The position numbers and the translations under genes are program-made. Shown here in pieces: positions 27,585-32,000 of a stretch of 32,000 bases of DNA (positions within the stretch are counted from its first letter, which is position 1; each line of letters opens with the position of its first letter). The notes beneath the pieces are model-generated. The model was not told where the DNA came from, did not search any database, and saw only the letters and a list, made by a program, of their open reading frames with translations. Origin of the DNA: Zymomonas mobilis subsp. mobilis ATCC 10988 (lineage in GTDB: Bacteria > Pseudomonadota > Alphaproteobacteria > Sphingomonadales > Sphingomonadaceae); contig NC_017262.1 in the NCBI RefSeq assembly GCF_000175255.2, forward strand, positions 1,290,001 through 1,322,000, written 5' to 3'.

Positions 27585-28426
27585 GGTTCTGTTAGATCTT
27601 GATCCAGTCTGCGACGGCAGCGATATGGATGACAGCGAGGAACGAGGTTGCTGTTTTTTCGTATCTGGTAGCGACAGCGCGCCACTCTTTGAGGCGAGCC
27701 CAGAGGTTTTCAACGAGATGCCGGCAACGATAAGCCCATTTATGGCAGGCGACCGGTGCATCACGTCGTTTTGTAGAAATGGCTGGTCGAGCCCCCATGT
27801 CCCAGATCCGTTCACGGAAAGCATCCGAAGCATAGCCTTTGTCAGCTACGACCCACATGGGAACAGAGGGGAGATGTTCGAGCATGACTGGCTCCATTGG
27901 CAGTCCATGAGCCTATCAGGGCGCAAGAGTAAAATTTATAGCTTTCCCGTGTCCATCAGCAATTACACAAACTTTCGTGCCATAGCCACCGCGAGAGCGG
28001 CCAAGCGCTTCACGATGGTCTCGCTCTTCGAAAGAAGCCCTTTTTTTCGGCTCCCGCCACCTTATGGTGAGCCCTTATGTTCGTGCCATCTAGAAAAGCC
28101 ATTCCGAGTGCCACTCCCTGTTGTTTCTAAACCCGTTCTAACAAGTGTTCCCATACGCCGAGCTTTGCCCAGCGGATGAAAAGCTGCGCCACATGCCACC
28201 ACGGACCCAGTTCAACGGGAATGCTCCGCCATTTCGTGCCATTCTCATGGCGCCAAAATATCGCGGATATAGTCCGACGCAGATCATGGGGCGGCGTCTT
28301 GCCAATCGGGCGAACTTCCTCAATCAGAGGTCCCCAGGTTGCCCATGTCTCATCCGTAAAAATACCGCCTACGTCTACTTTTTCCATCTCTATAATACAG
28401 AAACTATTTCAAGATCTAACAAGCCC
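27585..28426 (-). mobile_element. IS5-family (IS427-like) insertion sequence, 842 bp, with imperfect terminal inverted repeats
   Basis: The ends are GGTTCTGTTAGATCTTGA (27585-) and, as the reverse complement of the other end, GGGCTTGTTAGATCTTGA. TA flanks both sides (27583-84 and 28427-28). Transposase fragments lie inside. Confidence 0.85.
27592..28387 (-). pseudogene. IS5/IS427-type DDE transposase, inactivated
   Basis: The N-terminal part is track ORF 28127-28387 and the C-terminal part is track ORF 27592-27897 (VVADKGYASDAFRE...YRCRHLVENLWARLKEWRAVATRYEK). Own translation of the gap shows an in-frame TAG (28127-29), a +1 frame change in or shortly downstream of the A7 run (28041-47; exact site not resolvable by eye) and adjacent in-frame TGA TAG (27913-18) within ...FTLAP**AHGLP.... 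Confidence 0.8.
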
Positions 28427-28951
28427 TAGGCGAAACAGCCATTTTAAGAATGCTCAGAATTTCAAGAAAAAAACCGTATGAAAAAGCCGTATCTTTTAGC
28501 GATGAAATTTGAAATCATCGCATAATAAGATGTTAAAGCGAATAAGCGGTTATCGCAGGGCAGATACATTTTTCTCTAAAATTTAATCGGGCGACTAAAA
28601 TGGGTCGGGCAGATGGTGATTTTGCGCGCACCCAACAGGAATCCTGCGCCTAATTGCTCTTTCCGTAATGAAAAATGCTATCAGTCAGAAAATCTTTATC
28701 TAAAGGCTATTGAAAAAAATAGGAGTCAAAGATCAAAATAAGACTTAGCGGATTGGATGCCGCTTAGTATAACGGCTGCCTGATTGAGAATGTCACGAGG
28801 CAGAAACCATAAAATTATATGATGATATCTCGATGAGGTATCTGTTATTTTGACTTTTCTGCCAGAGATAATTTTGCTTTTTCAGTGGATATAAAAATAT
28901 AGAAAGCAAATCCTGAAAAACGCAGCATAAACAGAGGGATAAAAGGCAATA

Positions 28952-29518
28952 ATGAAAAATAAATATTCATGTTTAGGCTTTTTTTTAGGTAGTTTTGCTT
29001 TTTTATTACCGAATACATCCGTTTTGGCTGCTGATTTTCAGGACTTATCAGCCTTGGATAAACAAATTGCGACCAGTCTCGGTGTTCCTATCGGGGCGGA
29101 AGGCGGTGCCGTAACCCCTGTCGATCGCCGTTTACATTTGGCACAATGCCCAGAATCTGTTGTGGTGGATAAACCGATTGCAGGTTCTGTTTCTGTCCAT
29201 TGTCCATCCCTTGGCTGGCGTATCCGTGTGCCTTTAGTCAGAACCGCTTCTCGTGTGTTACACAGCCGAGAAAATCCACAAAACAGCCAAAATTCAGGAA
29301 ATTCCAAGGAAGATAGCAAAGGAGCTATTCTGGTTAAGAGGGGTGATCCTGTCGAATTAGTAGCAGGAAATAACAGCTTCACCGTGTCTGTTCAGGGCAT
29401 CGCACAACAAGACGGCGCATTAGGCGATCATATCCGCGTCAAGTCTGATCCGAGCAAACCACCTGTTATTGCGGTCGTGGTCGAATCTGGCAAAGTAAGA
29501 ATTCCCGGATTTGAATGA
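28952..29518 (+). CDS. flgA: flagellar basal-body P-ring formation chaperone FlgA
   Basis: 188 aa with a signal peptide (...NTSVLAADF) and a C-terminal VKRGDPVELVAGNNSFTVSVQGIAQQDGALGDHIRVK typical of the FlgA SAF/beta-clip domain. Confidence 0.85.
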   Translation: MKNKYSCLGFFLGSFAFLLPNTSVLAADFQDLSALDKQIATSLGVPIGAEGGAVTPVDRRLHLAQCPESVVVDKPIAGSVSVHCPSLGWRIRVPLVRTASRVLHSRENPQNSQNSGNSKEDSKGAILVKRGDPVELVAGNNSFTVSVQGIAQQDGALGDHIRVKSDPSKPPVIAVVVESGKVRIPGFE

Positions 29519-29529
29519 TTAAAATGATT

Positions 29530-29555
29530 TAAATAATCGGAAATTTTGCCGTTAT
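29530..29555 (+). promoter_or_regulatory. candidate sigma-28-type promoter upstream of flgM
   Basis: TAAA-N14-GCCGTTAT, with 6 of 8 positions matching in the -10 and spacing one short of the remembered consensus. It lies 55 nt upstream of the flgM ATG and overlaps a degenerate copy of the CGG(C)AAA..TTTGCCG dyad (29538-29551). Confidence 0.3.
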
Positions 29556-29609
29556 AGGGGTATCAGGAGCTTTTTTTATTATTAGTATTTTAAAATCGGG
29601 GCTAATCGA

Positions 29610-30044
29610 ATGGTCGACAGTATCGGAACCAGCAGCGCATTAAAAGCGGTCAGCGCTGTATCATTAAACAGTTCAAACTCTTCTGGGGATGCCAATTCCG
29701 TCCAGACAGCGATACCGGCGGCTGATGAAAAGACCAAAACCTCCTCGGTCTCTTCTGTAACGGATACTTCCTCAACAGAATCCACCTCGGTATCGACTGA
29801 CAGCAGCAAGTCAAAAGAAAAAAGCACAACCTCTAGCGCGGTAAGTTTTGCCGAAGCGATTGCGGTTGCAGGACCCCCTGTCAACAAGGCTAAAATTCAG
29901 GCCATTCGGGCTTTAATTTCCGAAGGTCGTTATCCTATCAGTGCAAGCGCGATTGCGTCAAAGATGGTTCAGTATGAGACGGCAGATAGCACGTCATCAG
30001 CTTCTTCTGTGACGGCTTCTGCTTCAACTGATTCTAATGAGTGA
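29610..30044 (+). CDS. flgM: anti-sigma-28 factor FlgM (long, Ser/Thr-rich form)
   Basis: 144 aa. The segment PPVNKAKIQAIRALISEGRYPISASAIASKMV matches the conserved FlgM C-terminal sigma-28-binding helices. The remainder is S/T-rich and looks disordered. Its position after flgA is canonical. Confidence 0.8.
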   Translation: MVDSIGTSSALKAVSAVSLNSSNSSGDANSVQTAIPAADEKTKTSSVSSVTDTSSTESTSVSTDSSKSKEKSTTSSAVSFAEAIAVAGPPVNKAKIQAIRALISEGRYPISASAIASKMVQYETADSTSSASSVTASASTDSNE

Positions 30045-30348
30045 GCTGGCTGAATTAAAAAACGCGATCATTGCCTTGGTGCAAGCCCTTGACGGGCGGA
30101 GCGTCGATGACATCGAAGCTGCCTGCGCGGAGGTTTCTGCCGCAGTCAAAAAAGTTAAAGAGCAAGATGCGTGGCATACCACGGATTCTTTGCGTGAATC
30201 TTTGCAGACAGCCATGAAGCAGGCCGAAGCAGGCCGGCAGCGTAGTCTTTACAGTGCCGATATGATGCAAAAGCTGTTAAGTCAGATGGCTATTTATGGC
30301 TTAACAGATGCGCCTTTGGCTTATCGTCGCACAGGCAAATTTTCATAA
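30037..30348 (+). CDS. hypothetical 103-aa helical protein, possibly FlgN-like export chaperone
   Basis: It overlaps the flgM stop by 8 nt (coupled) and has a helical, acidic composition. The function is guessed only from its position after flgM. Confidence 0.4.
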   Translation: MSELAELKNAIIALVQALDGRSVDDIEAACAEVSAAVKKVKEQDAWHTTDSLRESLQTAMKQAEAGRQRSLYSADMMQKLLSQMAIYGLTDAPLAYRRTGKFS

Positions 30349-30394
30349 TTTTCTGACAGCCCTAGTTATTTTCCTTACCCAACTGTCAACTTTG

Positions 30395-30420
30395 CCGTCA
30401 CTTTACCGCGAAAGTGACGG
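30395..30420 (+). terminator. perfect 10-bp hairpin after the flgM operon
   Basis: CCGTCACTTT, loop accgcg, AAAGTGACGG, followed only by ATTT (a weak U-tract). Confidence 0.55.
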
Positions 30421-30645
30421 ATTTCCCCGCTAGCTTCCCGATATTATTTTTACTCCGAAATGGACGGCCAATAAAGTCTCCTCAGCGCATTTTTGTCCCA
30501 AAATGCAATGTAATGAGGATTTTGGTATATAAAAATATCCTTTTTTATATAAAAATTTCACTAATAAATGTAGAGAGCATAAAAAAGAACGTTTTATTTT
30601 TCTAAATATTATGTTGTTTTTTTGTTTAAAAATCTTAACAAATTA

Positions 30646-30661
30646 TGGCACAAAAATTGCT
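30646..30661 (+). promoter_or_regulatory. sigma-54 (-24/-12) promoter upstream of flhA
   Basis: TGGCAC-aaaaa-TTGCT is an exact match to the remembered TGGCAC-N5-TTGCW consensus. It lies 101 nt upstream of the flhA ATG in an AT-rich intergenic region. Confidence 0.6.
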
Positions 30662-30711
30662 TACCTTCAGAGATAAATCTAAAAAATGTCGTAAATTTGG
30701 CAGGAGCGGGG

Positions 30712-30762
30712 ATGACCGGCAAAGGCAAAATTAGTCGTCTTTTGAAAAAGGAAAGTATTTAA
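30712..30762 (+). CDS. candidate 16-aa upstream ORF coupled to flhA
   Basis: AGGAG (30702-30706) lies 5 nt before ATG 30712. Own translation gives MTGKGKISRLLKKESI. Its TAA stop shares an A with the flhA ATG (TAATG). Confidence 0.25.
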   Translation: MTGKGKISRLLKKESI

Positions 30763-32000
30763 TGGCTACCGCAGCGGTCAGAAAAACGATCTGGCTTGCC
30801 GCTGGACGCACGGCTATCTTGCCTGTGGCTATTTTGGTTCTGGTGGGATTAATGGTTGTGCCGGTGCCAACAGCGGTGTTGGATATCGGCTTTATTTCCA
30901 ATATCACGATTTCGCTGGCGGTCTTGATGGTGTCGTTGAATGCTGCCAAACCATTAGACTTTTCTTCTTTCCCGACCGTTTTGCTTTTTGCCACACTGTT
31001 ACGACTGTCGCTTAACGTAGCCTCAACCCGCGTTGTTTTGGTAAATGGTCATACTGGCGCAAATGCGGCAGGCATGGTGATTGAATCCTTCGGTCATTTT
31101 TTGATCGGGGAACATTATGTTGTCGGGATTTTCATCTTTGCCATTTTGATGATTATCAACTTGGTCGTTGTGACCAAGGGGGCAGGGCGCGTTTCAGAAG
31201 TCTCTGCCCGTTTTACCTTGGACGCAATGCCGGGTAAACAGATGGCGATTGATGCCGATTTAAATGCTGGTTTAATTACACCTGAAGAAGCCAAAAACAG
31301 AAGACAGGAAGTCGCGACCGAGGCTGGTTTCTATGGCTCAATGGATGGTGCTTCTAAATTTGTGAAGGGGGACGCTGTCGCGGGCGTTCTTATTCTTTTG
31401 GTCAATATTATTGGCGGCCTTATCTTAGGCGTTTTTAGCTATAATATGACCCTTAGCGATGCGGCATCAAATTATGTCCAGCTGGCTATCGGTGATGCTT
31501 TGGTCGCACAGATACCATCTTTTCTGTTGTCTTTTGCAACAGCCTCGATTGTTACCCGCGTTACATCCAGCTTTGACTTGACCGGCCAGATTGTTAGTCA
31601 GTTTAACTCTGCCCGAGCATGGACACCTGTTGCGGTTATTCTGGGTTTTTTAGGCATTGTTCCGGGCATGCCGCATTTTGTTATTTTACCTGCTGCGGGT
31701 CTTTCCGGCTGGACGGCGTGGAAATTGCACAAATCTGCCCAAGCCGAAGCCGCCAAAAAAGAAGCACCGCCGCCTGTCGTGGTGCCAGATACGCCACCGC
31801 CTGTTTCGTGGAATGATGTTTCTGATGGGGCGGTTTTGTCTTTAGAAATTGGCTATGGTCTTATTCCATTGGTGGATGACCGTAAAAAAGCGCCTCTTAT
31901 GGCGCGTGTTACCGGTATTAGACGGCAATTATCCCGCGATTTAGGCTTTGTTATCCCCTTGGTGCGTGTGCGTGATAACCTCTCACTAGGGGCAAACAGC
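30762..32000 (+). CDS. flhA: flagellar type III export apparatus protein FlhA, N-terminal 413 codons (runs off window end)
   Basis: Own translation gives MATAAVRKTIWLAAGRTAILPVAILVLVGLMVVPVP...FPTVLLFATLLRLSLNVASTRVVL...GAGRVSEVSARFTLDAMPGKQMAIDADLNAGLI...FYGSMDGASKFVKGDA, which are hallmark FlhA motifs. It is absent from the ORF track because it is open at the window edge. Confidence 0.95.
   Translation, partial: MATAAVRKTIWLAAGRTAILPVAILVLVGLMVVPVPTAVLDIGFISNITISLAVLMVSLNAAKPLDFSSFPTVLLFATLLRLSLNVASTRVVLVNGHTGANAAGMVIESFGHFLIGEHYVVGIFIFAILMIINLVVVTKGAGRVSEVSARFTLDAMPGKQMAIDADLNAGLITPEEAKNRRQEVATEAGFYGSMDGASKFVKGDAVAGVLILLVNIIGGLILGVFSYNMTLSDAASNYVQLAIGDALVAQIPSFLLSFATASIVTRVTSSFDLTGQIVSQFNSARAWTPVAVILGFLGIVPGMPHFVILPAAGLSGWTAWKLHKSAQAEAAKKEAPPPVVVPDTPPPVSWNDVSDGAVLSLEIGYGLIPLVDDRKKAPLMARVTGIRRQLSRDLGFVIPLVRVRDNLSLGANS

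Noticed and set aside
28041-28047. Programmed -1 ribosomal frameshift at the A_AAA_AAG heptamer in the IS transposase.
   Set aside because: The heptamer is in the correct 0-frame phase. However, the -1 frame hits a stop after about 25 codons, and the DDE-encoding frame is +1 relative to the upstream frame. Three additional in-frame stop codons also argue for decay rather than recoding.
28514-28540. dif-like sequence TCGCATAATAAGATGTTAAAG, resembling the XerC arm (GCGCATAA) and XerD arm (ATGTTAAA) of E. coli dif.
   Set aside because: The two arms are 4 nt apart instead of the 8 nt required by the 11-6-11 dif architecture (remembered consensus), so it cannot be a functional XerCD site. It is probably an AT-rich chance match.
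29519-29533. CtrA-box-like TTAA-N7-TAAA upstream of flgM. Half-sites also occur at 26042 (TTAA-N7-GGAA) and 30636 (TTAAC).
   Set aside because: These are imperfect matches in very AT-rich DNA where TTAA is frequent by chance. No full TTAA-N7-TTAA was found in any flagellar intergenic region.
30731-30994. 87-aa minus-strand ORF across the flhA start, and plus-strand ORFs 31619-31845 inside flhA.
   Set aside because: They overlap the unambiguous FlhA reading frame, which the ORF track omits because it is open-ended. Their composition is typical of off-frame artefacts.
1-32000. Search for CRISPR arrays, tRNA/rRNA genes, toxin-antitoxin pairs, or defence islands such as Zorya-type MotAB homologues with ZorC/D partners.
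   Set aside because: There are no regularly spaced repeats and no cloverleaf-like or rRNA-like segments. The MotAB-like pair has short subunits, lacks the long ZorA tail and partner genes, and sits inside a flagellar operon context, so a defence role is unsupported.

Overview
This window looks like an ordinary chromosomal region of a moderate-GC alpha-proteobacterium. From memory and unverified, the gene content and synteny resemble a sphingomonad such as Zymomonas. Bases 1-11.0 kb carry housekeeping genes: trpB (partial), trpF, pyrF, a LapA-like small membrane protein, radA, cvpA, a NifU/IscU-like scaffold, a DUF423 protein, aroB, aroK, a conserved secreted hypothetical protein, xerD and accA. 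A large hybrid histidine kinase that resembles CckA follows at 11.3-13.7 kb. The rest is a flagellar supercluster. motA-motB and flgBCDEFGHIJKL lie on the minus strand. A second divergent stator-like pair, flgA, flgM, a small FlgN-like ORF and the 5' part of flhA lie on the plus strand. Two decayed IS5-family (IS427-like) elements sit at the left border of the cluster and between the second stator pair and flgA. I found no CRISPR array, tRNA or rRNA gene, and no recognisable defence or toxin system. The observations most worth follow-up are (i) the unusual second stator pair, a 3-TM PomA/MotA-like protein lacking TM1 plus a MotB-like protein with a degenerate peptidoglycan-binding domain; (ii) five helically phased TTGCCG hexamers, including a 16-bp dyad, in the flgB/stator-2 divergent control region; (iii) a perfect sigma-54 -24/-12 promoter upstream of flhA and a weaker one upstream of flgB; and (iv) unannotated small ORFs, a 45-aa TM peptide upstream of the hypothetical protein and a 16-aa uORF coupled to flhA. 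None of these is proven. All functional calls come from my own reading of the translations and from remembered family motifs, not from database searches.
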